Shown here piece after piece: positions 33,440 through 43,134 of a DNA stretch of 64,000 bases (within the stretch, counting starts at the first letter, position 1; each line of letters begins with the position of its first letter). Under the pieces are notes generated by a model. The model was not told where the DNA came from. It did not search any database and worked only from the letters and a program-made list of their open reading frames with translations. A program made the position numbers and the translations under genes. The stretch comes from Phormidium sp. Lineage in GTDB: Bacteria; Cyanobacteriota; Cyanobacteriia; Cyanobacteriales; Aerosakkonemataceae. The DNA lies in assembly GCA_051013385.1 (NCBI GenBank), contig CP143273.1, forward strand, positions 1,728,001 through 1,792,000. The letters run 5' to 3'.

Positions 33440-34066
33440 ATGTTGAAAATACTGGAATCAAATTCTCCTCCCCCAAGCGTGCGGCGCATTGCTACAGAAA
33501 TGCGGATAATTGGCTGGACTGGTTTTTGGTTACAATTGTTTTTTGGTTTTATTCCCGTTGCGTTCGCAGTATTTTTTCTGTTTATTCCCAGCAATCCTAA
33601 TAGATTGGGTGGTTCTGGAACGGTAGCATTCTTTTTTGGTTATGCCTCGCTAATTGCCCTAGTTTTCACTATTTATTGGTGTTTTCGTTATACCAGAATC
33701 GGACAAAAATTAACAAATCCTGATTTACGTCCTTCTAGATTTGAAGTTACTCGCACTTTATCAATTGGCTTACTTGTGAATCTAGCAGGATTGATTTTTG
33801 CGGTAATTGTGGCAATGTCCCAAGTTAATAATTTGTTGGTTAAGCTACTATCTTTACCTCAAGGATCGTCTACCATATTTAGTCCCAATCAGGGCGCAGC
33901 TGTGATGGCAAGAGTGCCAATTACGCCATTACAAATGATGGGATTGCAAGCAGTAATTAGCGCGATCGCAGCACAAATTATCGGCTTAATTGTCGCCCTT
34001 TGGCTACTACATCGAGTTAACCAACGCCCACCAATAGAAGTTAAGGAAAACTACTACGATGAATAA
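33440..34066 (+). CDS. DUF3611-type membrane protein
   Basis: GWTGFWLQL motif. Confidence 0.8.
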   Translation: MLKILESNSPPPSVRRIATEMRIIGWTGFWLQLFFGFIPVAFAVFFLFIPSNPNRLGGSGTVAFFFGYASLIALVFTIYWCFRYTRIGQKLTNPDLRPSRFEVTRTLSIGLLVNLAGLIFAVIVAMSQVNNLLVKLLSLPQGSSTIFSPNQGAAVMARVPITPLQMMGLQAVISAIAAQIIGLIVALWLLHRVNQRPPIEVKENYYDE

Positions 34067-35111
34067 ACCACCTAACAATACTATTTGGCAACAACTAAAT
34101 AACTCATCGCCAGTTCGGGCTTTACTAATGTTTTTGTTGCTGTTTATCTGCGGTTGGGCATTTGTACAGTTAATAACTTACTTTAGTACGCTGATTTTTG
34201 TATTTACTACAGCATCAATTGCCGCCGCTTTACTTAATTATCCAGTTAACTGGCTATCTCGATTGATTCCCCGAAAATTAGCTGTAGCAATAGTTTTTCT
34301 CACTAGTTTATTACTAGGAATAACTTTTGTTGTTACTCTCGGTTTAGAAATTTTAAATCAGGGACAAGGATTAGTCGCCAGACTCAAAGAATTTATTGAA
34401 ACTGCTGAACCAACTATCCCACCATTAAGAAATTTGAGATTAGAAGAAAACTTTGATAGGATTTTGCAAACCCTCCAGTCAGGCTTAGTTACTGGCTTAG
34501 GTTTTTTACAATCTTTATTTTCCAATTTTCTGCTATTCATCCTAATTGCTGTCATCTGTTTATATATGTTATTGGATGGCAGTAGAATTTGGCACGGGGT
34601 TTTAAAATTAGTACCTTTGGATGTGCGCGATCGCTTTGCCTACAAAACCCAAAAAAGCTTTTTAGGCTTCTTTCGCGCCCAACTAACTTTAATGGCATTC
34701 CTCACCATTGCCAGTTTAATAGTCTTCAACCTTTTGGGAACCAGATATTCCTTAATTTTGTCCTTAGTTATCGGAATTATGGACGCAATCCCCGGAATTG
34801 GCGCAACATTGGGAGTGCTTATAGTTACCACATTAGTCCTATCTTCCCAAGGCTTTTGGATGGCAGTAAAAATTTTAGTAGCTTGTATAGTGTTACAACA
34901 AATACAAGATAACTTTGTCTCTCCCAAAATTATGAAAGATTCCCTGGATTTACATCCAGTATTACTATTCTTTGCCATATTTGTTGGCGAAAGAGTCGCT
35001 GGAGTCTTAGGTATTTTTCTCTCAATCCCGATCGCCGCTATGATTGCAACTTGGACTGATGAAACTGATTTAGCTGAACCAAAATTAGAAGCAAAATTAG
35101 AAAAAGATTAA
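34059..35111 (+). CDS. AI-2E family transporter
   Basis: IPGIG, QQIQDNFVSPKIM, LHP motifs. Confidence 0.9.
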   Translation: MNKPPNNTIWQQLNNSSPVRALLMFLLLFICGWAFVQLITYFSTLIFVFTTASIAAALLNYPVNWLSRLIPRKLAVAIVFLTSLLLGITFVVTLGLEILNQGQGLVARLKEFIETAEPTIPPLRNLRLEENFDRILQTLQSGLVTGLGFLQSLFSNFLLFILIAVICLYMLLDGSRIWHGVLKLVPLDVRDRFAYKTQKSFLGFFRAQLTLMAFLTIASLIVFNLLGTRYSLILSLVIGIMDAIPGIGATLGVLIVTTLVLSSQGFWMAVKILVACIVLQQIQDNFVSPKIMKDSLDLHPVLLFFAIFVGERVAGVLGIFLSIPIAAMIATWTDETDLAEPKLEAKLEKD

Positions 35112-35170
35112 AGATTTGACACTACAGATAAATCTGGTTTATCCTGGGAATTTGCAATTTGCTAAATTTC

Positions 35171-35954
35171 TCAGGATAAACTGTTATCAGCATCACACTC
35201 GTCTGTAGTAATGAAACGAGTACCCATTTGCACCCCACTTGCCCCTAACTTTAACATCCTGTCGATATCCGATCGATCCCAAACACCGCCCGCTGCAATC
35301 ACTGGAATCTGTTTACCAAGTTCGTTAGCTAAATAATTTACCAGTTCAGGAATCACCTGTTCTGCTTCCAATGCTGGATCGTCCAGTTCTTCGGACTTCG
35401 CGCCTAAATGTCCCCCGGCGTTATTGGGATTTTCCACGACAAAGGCATCGGGTAGCCGTTTGTACTTTTGTTCCCATTTCCGGCAAATTACCCTAGCTGC
35501 ACGAGTAGTGGAAACGATCGGCACTAACGCAACTTCAGGATATTCTAAGGTGAATTCCGGCAACTGAAGCGGCAAACCTGCACCAGAAATAATTAAATTT
35601 ACCCCCTGTTCTGCTGATGTGCGAACCAAAGTTTCATAATCTCGCGCCGCTACCATCACATTGACACCGATAATTCCATTCGGGCTAAGTTTACGGGCTT
35701 TTTTGATTTCATCAATCAGCGCCAGTCGATTTGCCGCAAAAAAACTTTTCTCTTCTCTGTCTAGCGTTCGGCTGGTTAATGTCGAAGTAAGGCGAATTCA
35801 GCCCTAATCCTACCGCTGAGATGATCCCGATTCCTCCGGCATTAGCAACCGCAGCAGCAAGATTTGCGCCAGAAATGCGGATACCCATTCCGCCTTGGAC
35901 GATCGGGTAACGAACAATGTGTTGACCAATTTGTAGTGAAGGTAATGTTTGCAT
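35171..35954 (-). pseudogene. Nitronate monooxygenase/FabK-like flavoprotein, frameshifted and C-terminally truncated
   Basis: PIVQGGMG and AGGH/VQMGTRF in different frames; extra base in A7 run at 35738-35744; stop right after TTDECDAD. Confidence 0.8.
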
Positions 35955-36211
35955 AAGTTCTTAGTGTTGCGATTTTATTGATTTTACAACTAAATAGTTT
36001 AAAAGCTATTGATTGATAGTACGTTGTTGCGCTTTAGCGCTAAAGCGCAACAACGTACCTAGAAGATTAAGCATAATTACTTATTGAGAATTATTCTCAA
36101 AACTTTTATATTACTAATAAGCAATATAGTTATAAAATAAAGCTTACCAAACGACCGCATCAATGCCGGGGAAAGAGGCATTAGATAAAGAGTTACCAAG
36201 GAGAAAATTTG

Positions 36212-37258
36212 ATGAAACTCGCAGGAAAGAACAAAGCTTGGGAAAAACACCAGAAAGCTGTTCCCAGCATCGATGACCAAGGTGGAAAATTGTGGGGTTG
36301 CTTCCGTAGCTGTTTCCTGCAAAGTGCTGCCCCTTACTCGGAAGGCGTTGCTTACAAGATTTTGCAGAATGATTTGGGGATAGATTTGCGGGAAGCGCCG
36401 GGACATACTTCTTGTGGTGCGATCGGATATCACGGAGATGTATCCTGCTTAGAAACGCAAATGGTTGTAGCCGCCCGGAACTTTTCCCTCGCACATTACG
36501 AACAAGGCGTTGATAATCTTTTTTCCTTCTGCGTCACTTCCTTTGCCAACTACACCGAAGTAATCAAACTCTGGGAAGAAGAACCAGAATTGCAAGAATA
36601 CACCAAAAAAACCTTGAAAGAAACCACAGGAAGAGAGTTTTGGATTCCTCATGTTTCTGGTGGTAGACCTTCAGTGGTTCATGCTTCGGATGTTTTCTTT
36701 GCTAATCGAGAGAAACTTGCAGCAAAGGCAAAATATAGCCTCAAGGGAATCAAAGCAACCGAGCACGTTGGCTGCCATTACGGAAAGATTTTTCCTGATC
36801 AGGCAATGGGTGGCGCTGAGTTCCCCCAAGTCTTAGTCGGATTGCTGGAAGCTTTTGGTGCAGAGGTTGTGGATTACCCGGAACGCAGACATTGCTGTGG
36901 TATGGGTTTCCGGCAATGTGCATTCCCCGAAAACCGAGATTACACCGCAAGTCACGTTTACAAAAAGTTAAAAAGTCTCAAAGAAATGCACCCTGATTGC
37001 AACTTAATGCTTACCAATTGTCCGGGTTGTACGGTGTTTCTCGATGCCGAACAGGGAGCTATCAAGGATCTGATGGAAGAAGAGTTTAATGTCAGCATCC
37101 TCGACTATGCACAATTGACTGGGTTGCTGTTAGGTTACGATCCTTTTAAAGATTGTGGGATGAATGCGAAAGCCGTTCCGATCGAGCCTTTGCTAGATCA
37201 AATTGGCATTCCCTACGACAAATCTAAAACTGCGGAAGAACGCAGAAGACCTTTTTAA
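36212..37258 (+). CDS. hdrB: Heterodisulfide reductase subunit B-like (CCG domains)
   Basis: HVGCH, CCGMG, CPGC motifs. Confidence 0.85.
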   Translation: MKLAGKNKAWEKHQKAVPSIDDQGGKLWGCFRSCFLQSAAPYSEGVAYKILQNDLGIDLREAPGHTSCGAIGYHGDVSCLETQMVVAARNFSLAHYEQGVDNLFSFCVTSFANYTEVIKLWEEEPELQEYTKKTLKETTGREFWIPHVSGGRPSVVHASDVFFANREKLAAKAKYSLKGIKATEHVGCHYGKIFPDQAMGGAEFPQVLVGLLEAFGAEVVDYPERRHCCGMGFRQCAFPENRDYTASHVYKKLKSLKEMHPDCNLMLTNCPGCTVFLDAEQGAIKDLMEEEFNVSILDYAQLTGLLLGYDPFKDCGMNAKAVPIEPLLDQIGIPYDKSKTAEERRRPF

Positions 37259-37519
37259 CAGGAATTCATCTTTAGCCACAATTGTTTACTTAGAATCAAC
37301 AGAACTTAATTTCTTTTAATCACTAAGTAAGCATATAATGATATGGTAGAGCAAGAATGGGTAATCCGTACTGCTTGTACTAGCCAGGATTCATCATCAT
37401 TAACCTTTTTGGCTACTTACTTGTTATGGATTACCTCACTTGAAAAGCAAAAAGGAAGCGTTTAATTCAGCTTCAACAACGAAATTTTTTCGTTTTTCTA
37501 GGATTAGGAGTATTGTTAT

Positions 37520-38614
37520 ATGAGTACCGTTCTACAACGCCGAAATGAACTGGATATCGGTGAATGGTGGTCAAAATTTGCTGGTTGGATCACCAGTACA
37601 GAAAACCGAATTTATATTGGTTGGTTTGGTGTTTTGATGATCCCGACAATTCTGGTAGCTGCGATTACTTTTACGATCGCCTTTATTGCCGCACCTCCAG
37701 TAGATATGGAAGGAATTCGGGAACCGATTTTTGGCTCAATTCTTGGCAATCAAAATTTCATTACTGCGGCAGTAGTACCAACTTCAGCTGCGATCGGTTT
37801 ACATTTTTATCCCATTTGGGAAGCTAGTTCTTTAGATGAATGGCTTTACAATGGTGGCCCTTATCAACTCATAGTTTTGCATTTCTCGATCGGTGTTTGG
37901 TGTTATTTAGGACGGTTGTGGGAGTTAAGCTATCGCTTGGGAATGCGCCCTTGGATTGCAGTTGCTTTTTCTGCACCTGCCGCCGCAGCTACCGCTATTT
38001 TGCTCGTTTATCCGATCGGACAAGGTAGTTTTTCGGAAGGAATGCCTTTAGGAATTTCTGGCACTTTCTATTTCATGTTTTCTCTACAAGCACAGCACAA
38101 TGTATTAATGCACCCGTTCCATGAAATCGGTGTTGCTGGAGTTTTGGGCGGTGCTTTGTTGAGTTCTTTACATGGTTCATTAGTTACCAGCAGTTTGATT
38201 CGAGAAACCAGCGATCTAGAATCTACAAATGCCGGATATAAGTTTGGGCAACAAGAAGGAACTTATAATCTTTTAGCTGGGCACGCTGGTTATTTAGGAC
38301 GTTTGTTAGTTCCGGGAGTTGGCGTTCGCAACAGTCGTTCTGTGCATTTTCTCATGGGTGCTTTACCCACAATTGGAATTTGGTTTGCCACGTTGGGAAT
38401 TTGCGCTATGTCTTTTAATTTGAATGGGTTTAATTTTAACCATTCAGTTCTTGATGCTACTGGAAATGTGATTCCTACTGATGCTGATTTGCTGAATCGG
38501 GCAACCATCGGTATTCAAGAAATGCGGGCTCCGAATACTCATCATTTTCCACTTTTGATTTCTGCTAATCAGATGAGTCCAATTAGTGTGAAAAGTGCGC
38601 CTGCTATTAGTTAG
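37520..38614 (+). CDS. psbA: Photosystem II D1, atypical 'rogue' form lacking Mn4CaO5 ligands
   Basis: D1 motifs; D170E, E189Q, H332R, E333A, D342L, A344S relative to canonical D1. Confidence 0.92.
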   Translation: MSTVLQRRNELDIGEWWSKFAGWITSTENRIYIGWFGVLMIPTILVAAITFTIAFIAAPPVDMEGIREPIFGSILGNQNFITAAVVPTSAAIGLHFYPIWEASSLDEWLYNGGPYQLIVLHFSIGVWCYLGRLWELSYRLGMRPWIAVAFSAPAAAATAILLVYPIGQGSFSEGMPLGISGTFYFMFSLQAQHNVLMHPFHEIGVAGVLGGALLSSLHGSLVTSSLIRETSDLESTNAGYKFGQQEGTYNLLAGHAGYLGRLLVPGVGVRNSRSVHFLMGALPTIGIWFATLGICAMSFNLNGFNFNHSVLDATGNVIPTDADLLNRATIGIQEMRAPNTHHFPLLISANQMSPISVKSAPAIS

Positions 38615-38622
38615 TTAGAGTT

Positions 38623-38777
38623 TATAGCAATCCTCATTTTTTTGAACCGCTCCAGGCGCAGAGAACACAGAGAGAAGAGAGAGAGTAGGGGCGAAGCATT
38701 CGGGTCACAATTTATAGCTAAAAACCTAGATTTTCTGCCCGAACGCTTCGCCCCCTACACACCAAAGGATTGCTATA
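38623..38777. repeat. Inverted-repeat-bounded miniature element (TATAGCAATCCT...AGGATTGCTATA)
   Basis: Terminal IRs and internal GGGGCGAAGC hairpin. Confidence 0.6.
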
Positions 38778-38858
38778 TTTTTCATCTAAGTAATGCAGCG
38801 ACTTAGATTTTTTTCCGAGTCGCTGTGTTAGTTTTTACAATTCATTTAGGATTGCTTT

Positions 38859-39461
38859 ATGTGGAAAGGTTTTTATCGGTTAGTTATTGGTTTGTTGGCG
38901 ATCGCCATTTACCTAATTCCCCTACCTGCACAAGCTGAAACGAATCCCGCTGAATTAGCAAAAGCTATTGAAGCAATTGAAAATCTCGATTTGATGCGTT
39001 CTGGATTAGCTTCTACATTGGAAGGAAGGACTGAACCGCCAACATTACAAACAATGAAAGAAGTGTGTCGTCCGGTGGGAATGCAAGCTGTTAAACTGAG
39101 TCAAGAAAATGATTGGCAGGTTAAACAAATTGCTAGTAAATATCGCAATCCTAGCCACGCGCCTGATAATTTGGCAGCAAAAATTGCTTTGGCAAGGTTT
39201 GAACAAAATCCCGAATTAATGGGTTTTTGGCAAAGAGAAACTATTAATGGAGAAGCGGGAACTCGTTATTATCGACGGATTAATGTCGAAGCTAGTTGTT
39301 TGGTTTGTCATGGGCAAAAAGGCGATCGACCTCAGTTTGTCAAAGATAAATATCCTGAAGATTTAGCCTACAACTTTAATGTTGGTGATTTGCGGGGAAT
39401 GTATGCTGCATTTATTCCCGATTTACAACAAGCATTGTCAGATGCAGCAAGTAATGATTAA
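38859..39461 (+). CDS. DUF3365/Tll0287-like c-type heme protein
   Basis: Signal peptide, YRNPSHAPD, CLVCHG, GDLRG. Confidence 0.85.
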   Translation: MWKGFYRLVIGLLAIAIYLIPLPAQAETNPAELAKAIEAIENLDLMRSGLASTLEGRTEPPTLQTMKEVCRPVGMQAVKLSQENDWQVKQIASKYRNPSHAPDNLAAKIALARFEQNPELMGFWQRETINGEAGTRYYRRINVEASCLVCHGQKGDRPQFVKDKYPEDLAYNFNVGDLRGMYAAFIPDLQQALSDAASND

Positions 39462-39483
39462 ACTTTCAATTTGGAATTACTTT

Positions 39484-40011
39484 ATGAAATTTCGTGTGAG
39501 AAAATTCTTTTCCCGGTTGCTGTTATTGGGAGTTTTAGTGTTGAGTATATCACTGGTATCTGATATATTAAATACTGCCACCGCAGCCGCCGCAATTCGC
39601 CAGTTAGAAGAAGCACCTGGACAAGTAGTTTATCAGTCGAGAGAAACTTTAAAAGATCAGCAGGGAAATCGTTGGGGTGCGATCGCTTTTAAACGCATTC
39701 GTCCTGATGGTAAAGCAAGTTTTGATTTAAGATTAGTGGGTTTTCCGGGGATGGTGGAGATCGCTCGAACTCAACCCCTATTACTAACAAATTCACTCGG
39801 TAAAACTTGGAAAGCTAATGATGCTTCCGCTAATATTTTTACTGATGAGATCCAACCTCATGTAGGACAGTACGATCTTCAGCCATTAGTCACACAATTC
39901 CAGACAGCAATTCCCCTAACATTGACACTACCAACAGTTAATGGAGAACCTGTTAAACTGTCAATTTCCCCATCTTTAGTCCAAGAATGGCAAACTGTTG
40001 CTAACTATTAA
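39484..40011 (+). CDS. DUF3122-type exported protein
   Basis: EEAPGQVVYQSR, LRLVGFPG. Confidence 0.75.
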   Translation: MKFRVRKFFSRLLLLGVLVLSISLVSDILNTATAAAAIRQLEEAPGQVVYQSRETLKDQQGNRWGAIAFKRIRPDGKASFDLRLVGFPGMVEIARTQPLLLTNSLGKTWKANDASANIFTDEIQPHVGQYDLQPLVTQFQTAIPLTLTLPTVNGEPVKLSISPSLVQEWQTVANY

Positions 40012-40014
40012 TTT

Positions 40015-40158
40015 GATCCCCCATTATCCCCCTTAACAAGGGAGACTTTGAATCCCTTAAAAAGGGGGGCTTTGAAACTCTTAAAAAGGGAGACTTTGAA
40101 ACCCTTAAAAAGGGAGACTTTTCTAGTTCCCCCCTTGTTAAGGGGGGTTAGGGGGATC
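40015..40158. repeat. REP-like CCCCCTTAAnAAGGGGG repeat cluster (also ~44832-44942, ~57577-57668)
   Basis: Recurrent GATCCCCC...GGGGGATC-bounded elements. Confidence 0.75.
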
Positions 40159-40356
40159 GAATCATCAATATTTTTAACTAGCAACTTACATTATATAGAG
40201 TACTGAATAGCCTGCCGTAGACATATCGCCCGGAGTTGTAGTACCCAATTCCGGGCGATTTCATTTTGTATTTCTTGTAGTACGACATTTTTTTTTAGCC
40301 CATAACCCTTGACATGATTGATTTTCAGCCCTAAATAAAAAAATTTCCCAAAATCC

Positions 40357-40385
40357 TTGACATTTTGTAGTATAACTTGTAGCAT
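40357..40385 (+). promoter_or_regulatory. Sigma70-type promoter of the tRNA array overlapped by TGTAGYAT repeats
   Basis: TTGACA-17 nt-TAGCAT; TGTAGTAT and TGTAGCAT repeats. Confidence 0.7.
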
Positions 40386-40437
40386 AAAAATGTAGCGCGA
40401 AAGGGAAAGCGACAAAAGCCAAACCCCAAGCGCGATC

Positions 40438-40450
40438 GAACCTTGAAAAC
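40438..40450 (+). promoter_or_regulatory. boxA-like antitermination element
   Basis: GAACCTTGAAAAC matches cyanobacterial rrn boxA. Confidence 0.65.
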
Positions 40451-40596
40451 TAAATAATTTGCCCATTTAAATTGTTAAGCAAAGAAGTTGACACAGGTAG
40501 AAAATACCTTGTTGCAACGAGTGTAGTTAGCTTTCTTTCTGAACCAGCGACTCAATTTAAGCTTTAAATAGTCGTTGATTCATCAAAGATAGTCTG

Positions 40597-41238
40597 ATGC
40601 CGAAGGATTTAAGCTCAGTCAAGCTAAAGGTAATCCAACTACGAGTGAACAAACACTTATCACTCAGGGAGATTCACCAGCAAACAGGAGTGCCGAAAGG
40701 AACGCTGAGTAACTGGTTGAAACCCTATCCTCTCCCAGAGGAGATCAGGAAAGCCAAACAAGCTATTGCTTATGAAAAGCTGCAAAACTACGTTAAAACT
40801 GTTCGCAAGCGTCAGAGGCCAATAGAGTCTAAATACCATCAGGCATTAGGCGATCGAGAGCTAACCACATCTCAGAGAACTGCTATCTCTGAAGCTGCTG
40901 TTCTATTTCGCCTTACCTTGTACGGTTTTAAGGTGTATCGATCGCAATTTGATAGTAGAACAGCAGATTGGCTCGTTGAAAGTCCCACCGGGAAACGCCT
41001 AAAAATACAAGTTAAGTCAGCTTACATCGACAGACGAGGATTACCAATCATTAACCTGCGTTGTAACGACAATAGAACTGAGTTTAGGTGCGATCGAGAA
41101 GGCGAGTTTGACTTTATAGTTGGCTACTGCCTGTTCTCAGATACAGCTTACGTCCTGTCATTTGAGGAAATTAAGGGTAAAACCTCTCATGTTCCTCAAG
41201 AGGAAGACGAAGAAAGGTGGGACAAATTGCTCGATTAA
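40597..41238 (+). CDS. HTH + PD-(D/E)XK endonuclease (homing-like)
   Basis: LSLREIHQQTGVPKGTLSNWLK HTH; ADWLV...KIQVKS...FDFIVGY. Confidence 0.8.
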   Translation: MPKDLSSVKLKVIQLRVNKHLSLREIHQQTGVPKGTLSNWLKPYPLPEEIRKAKQAIAYEKLQNYVKTVRKRQRPIESKYHQALGDRELTTSQRTAISEAAVLFRLTLYGFKVYRSQFDSRTADWLVESPTGKRLKIQVKSAYIDRRGLPIINLRCNDNRTEFRCDREGEFDFIVGYCLFSDTAYVLSFEEIKGKTSHVPQEEDEERWDKLLD

Positions 41239-41239
41239 T

Positions 41240-41313
41240 GAGGCTGTAACTCAGCGGTCAAGAGTGCTTGTCTGTCGAACAAGAAGTCGCGGGTTCAAAT
41301 CCCGTCAGCCTCG
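41240..41313 (+). tRNA. trnD: tRNA-Asp(GTC)
   Basis: Cloverleaf, GAGGCTG/CAGCCTC acceptor. Confidence 0.9.
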
Positions 41314-41320
41314 CTCAAAT

Positions 41321-41398
41321 AGTCCCGTAGGCGAATTGGTTCAAGCCGTCACCCCCTCAAGGTGAAGATTGCGAGTTCAAATCTCGTCGGGACTACCA
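41321..41398 (+). tRNA. trnE: tRNA-Glu(CTC), C at position 33
   Basis: Cloverleaf, encoded CCA. Confidence 0.85.
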
Positions 41399-41401
41399 AA
41401 T

Positions 41402-41478
41402 GGTCAGGTAGCCAAGTGGTTGAAGGCATCAGACTGCAAATCTGATTTTCGTCGTGGGTTCAAATCCCACTCTGACCT
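41402..41478 (+). tRNA. trnC: tRNA-Cys(GCA)
   Basis: Cloverleaf. Confidence 0.9.
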
Positions 41479-41489
41479 CTTGGTAACAT

Positions 41490-41565
41490 CGCAGCGTAGC
41501 TTAACCAGCAAAGCCCCAAGCTCATAACTTGGTTGATACGGGTGCAAATCCCGTCGCTGTTACCA
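41490..41565 (+). tRNA. trnM: tRNA-CAT (Met/fMet/Ile2), atypical
   Basis: CCAAG-CTCATAA-CTTGG arm, TGCAAAT T-loop, CCA. Confidence 0.75.
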
Positions 41566-41568
41566 TAA

Positions 41569-41640
41569 GCAGGGATGGTGTTAACGGCAGCACAGGGGTC
41601 TCCAAAGCCTTTGGTCTGGGTTCAAATCCTAGTCTCTGCG
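41569..41640 (+). tRNA. trnW: tRNA-Trp(CCA)
   Basis: Cloverleaf. Confidence 0.85.
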
Positions 41641-41776
41641 TTCTACTGCGTGACCTCACAGATAAAGCTTACACACTTGGTCATCTGATGAAAATCAGAG
41701 TAGGTTCAAATCCTACAACCTCCGCCAAAAATGGAGGTTGAAAAACTGTAGCTTTTTAAACTTGCACGGAGTAGAA
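41641..41776 (+). ncRNA. Candidate Y-RNA-like tRNA mimic (copy E): shared scaffold + T-arm + loop-closed acceptor stem
   Basis: TTCTACT/AGTAGAA closing stem, AAAGCTTACACAC..AGCTTTTTAAACTTG, GTAGGTTCAAATCCTAC, AACCTCC/GGAGGTT. Confidence 0.75.
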
Positions 41777-41785
41777 ATTTCCCAT

Positions 41786-41863
41786 AGTGCTGTACGCAAA
41801 TGGCTTAAGCGGCTTGACTTTCAATCAGGTGATTTGCGGGTTCAAATCCCGTCAGCACTACCA
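41786..41863 (+). tRNA. trnE: tRNA-Glu(TTC)
   Basis: Cloverleaf, CCA. Confidence 0.9.
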
Positions 41864-41871
41864 AAAAACCT

Positions 41872-41955
41872 GGGTTGGCTCACCTATTGGCTGTAGGGTA
41901 GCGGTCTGTAAAATCGTGGCTTAAAGCTTTGCAAGTTCAAATCTTGCCCGACCCA
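41872..41955 (+). tRNA. trnY: tRNA-Tyr(GTA)
   Basis: Cloverleaf with long variable arm; weak D arm. Confidence 0.8.
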
Positions 41956-41956
41956 T

Positions 41957-42031
41957 AGCGGGATAGAGTAGTGGTCACTCACGAGTCTCATAAGCTCGTC
42001 TAGGAAGGTTCGATTCCTTCTCCCGCGCCCA
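41957..42031 (+). tRNA. trnM: tRNA-CAT (Met-type), 1:72 mismatch
   Basis: Cloverleaf, CCA. Confidence 0.8.
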
Positions 42032-42034
42032 ATT

Positions 42035-42119
42035 GGAGAGGTGGCCGAGTGGCTTAAGGCATCTGTTTGCTAAACAGAATCGGGTAACACCGACGCAGGT
42101 TCAAATCCTGTCCTCTCCG
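42035..42119 (+). tRNA. trnS: tRNA-Ser(GCT)
   Basis: Cloverleaf with long variable arm. Confidence 0.9.
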
Positions 42120-42123
42120 CCTT

Positions 42124-42587
42124 GAGAGCGTGGTTTGACATACTCCCCGCCGTAGAACGACGAGGATTCTCCTAACGTCACCGTTTAGGATTTCTGGTTC
42201 ACCGACTCAGCTTAAATTAAACACCTGGCGATATTTAACCCAGAGGCCGCATCTCCCCAGACGTTTACTCCATTGCAGAAGCCTGTTCTCGAATGCCCTT
42301 CGATACAGTTCAAAACCTTAAACTCTTTGGTTTCTCTGGTACTTGTTGCTTAGAGTTTTTACCTGTACAAGCCTTCCTGTACAGAACCCTCTAACCCTAG
42401 TTTTCAAGGTGCGTCTATCGGTTAGATAGCTAGGTTTTTAAACAGGTTGAATACCTTCCCTGTTTCAGGAATCTTAGCATAAAGCCGCCCTATAAGGGCG
42501 GGGCTTTAAACCCAGTTTTTTGGTAACGGGATAACATCTCAGCCTACGAAACTGAAGAATTTGGGGGTTCAAATCCCTCCGCTCTCG
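42124..42587 (+). pseudogene. trnR: tRNA-Arg(ACG) split in the D-stem by a 388-bp insertion
   Basis: 5' GAGAGCGTGGT (42124-42134) joins 42523-42587 into a full cloverleaf. Confidence 0.85.
42135..42522 (-). mobile_element. Non-autonomous IS200/IS605-family derivative with omega-RNA-like right end, no tnpA/tnpB
   Basis: On - strand inserted 3' of TTAC, ends GGGGAGTATGTCAA, subterminal hairpins at both ends, no target duplication. Confidence 0.8.
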
Positions 42588-42590
42588 TTC

Positions 42591-42664
42591 CCCCCGGTAG
42601 CTCAGTCGGTAGTAGCGCTTGTCTGAAGAACAAGAGGTCGTCAGTTCAATACTGACCTGGGGGA
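42591..42664 (+). tRNA. trnF: tRNA-Phe(GAA)
   Basis: Cloverleaf. Confidence 0.9.
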
Positions 42665-42669
42665 TTCGT

Positions 42670-42745
42670 TGTCCTGTAGCTCAGTGGCAGTAGCAGTCGC
42701 CTGTTAAGCGAATGGTCGTAGGTTCAATCCCTACCAGGACAGCCA
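42670..42745 (+). tRNA. trnN: tRNA-Asn(GTT)
   Basis: Cloverleaf, CCA. Confidence 0.9.
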
Positions 42746-42754
42746 TTTATTTAT

Positions 42755-42830
42755 TGCCGGGTGGACGAAAGGCAAAGTCGCATCGCTCTGAACGATGAGA
42801 TTGCAGGTTCGAGACCTGCTCCGGCATCCA
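42755..42830 (+). tRNA. trnQ: tRNA-Gln(CTG)
   Basis: Cloverleaf, CCA. Confidence 0.9.
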
Positions 42831-42850
42831 TTTTTTAATTTATCAAACAT

Positions 42851-42925
42851 TGAGGAGTCGCCTAATCGGTATGGCACCGCTCTTTGACAGCGGAAAAGTT
42901 GCAGGTTCGAGCCCTGCCTCCTCAG
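42851..42925 (+). tRNA. trnQ: tRNA-Gln(TTG)
   Basis: Cloverleaf. Confidence 0.9.
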
Positions 42926-42969
42926 TTGTATTTTCCAAAACTTAATTGCTTGAAAAATAATCAATTTTT

Positions 42970-43046
42970 GCTCCTGTAGCCCAACTGGAAGAGGCCGCTA
43001 CCTCAAAAGTAGTGTTGTGTCAGTTCAAATCTGACCAGGAGTACCA
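42970..43046 (+). tRNA. trnL: tRNA-Leu(CAA), short variable loop
   Basis: Cloverleaf, CCA. Confidence 0.85.
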
Positions 43047-43052
43047 AAACTC

Positions 43053-43130
43053 GCTCCTGTGGTGCAATTGGTAGACACGGCAAACTTAAAATTTGTTTTT
43101 TTAATGTGGGTTCGAGTCCCACCGGGAGCA
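43053..43130 (+). tRNA. trnL: tRNA-Leu(TAA), intronless
   Basis: Cloverleaf, T-rich variable region. Confidence 0.85.
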
Positions 43131-43134
43131 TGAA

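Noticed and set aside
37520..38614. Chlorophyll f synthase (ChlF)
   Set aside because: Lacks the ChlF QD motif (has YLGRLWE) and no far-red-light gene cluster is nearby; fits rogue D1
42135..42522. Group I/II intron in tRNA-Arg
   Set aside because: Located in the D stem, antisense, with IS605-type TTAC/TCAA boundaries and no recognisable intron core
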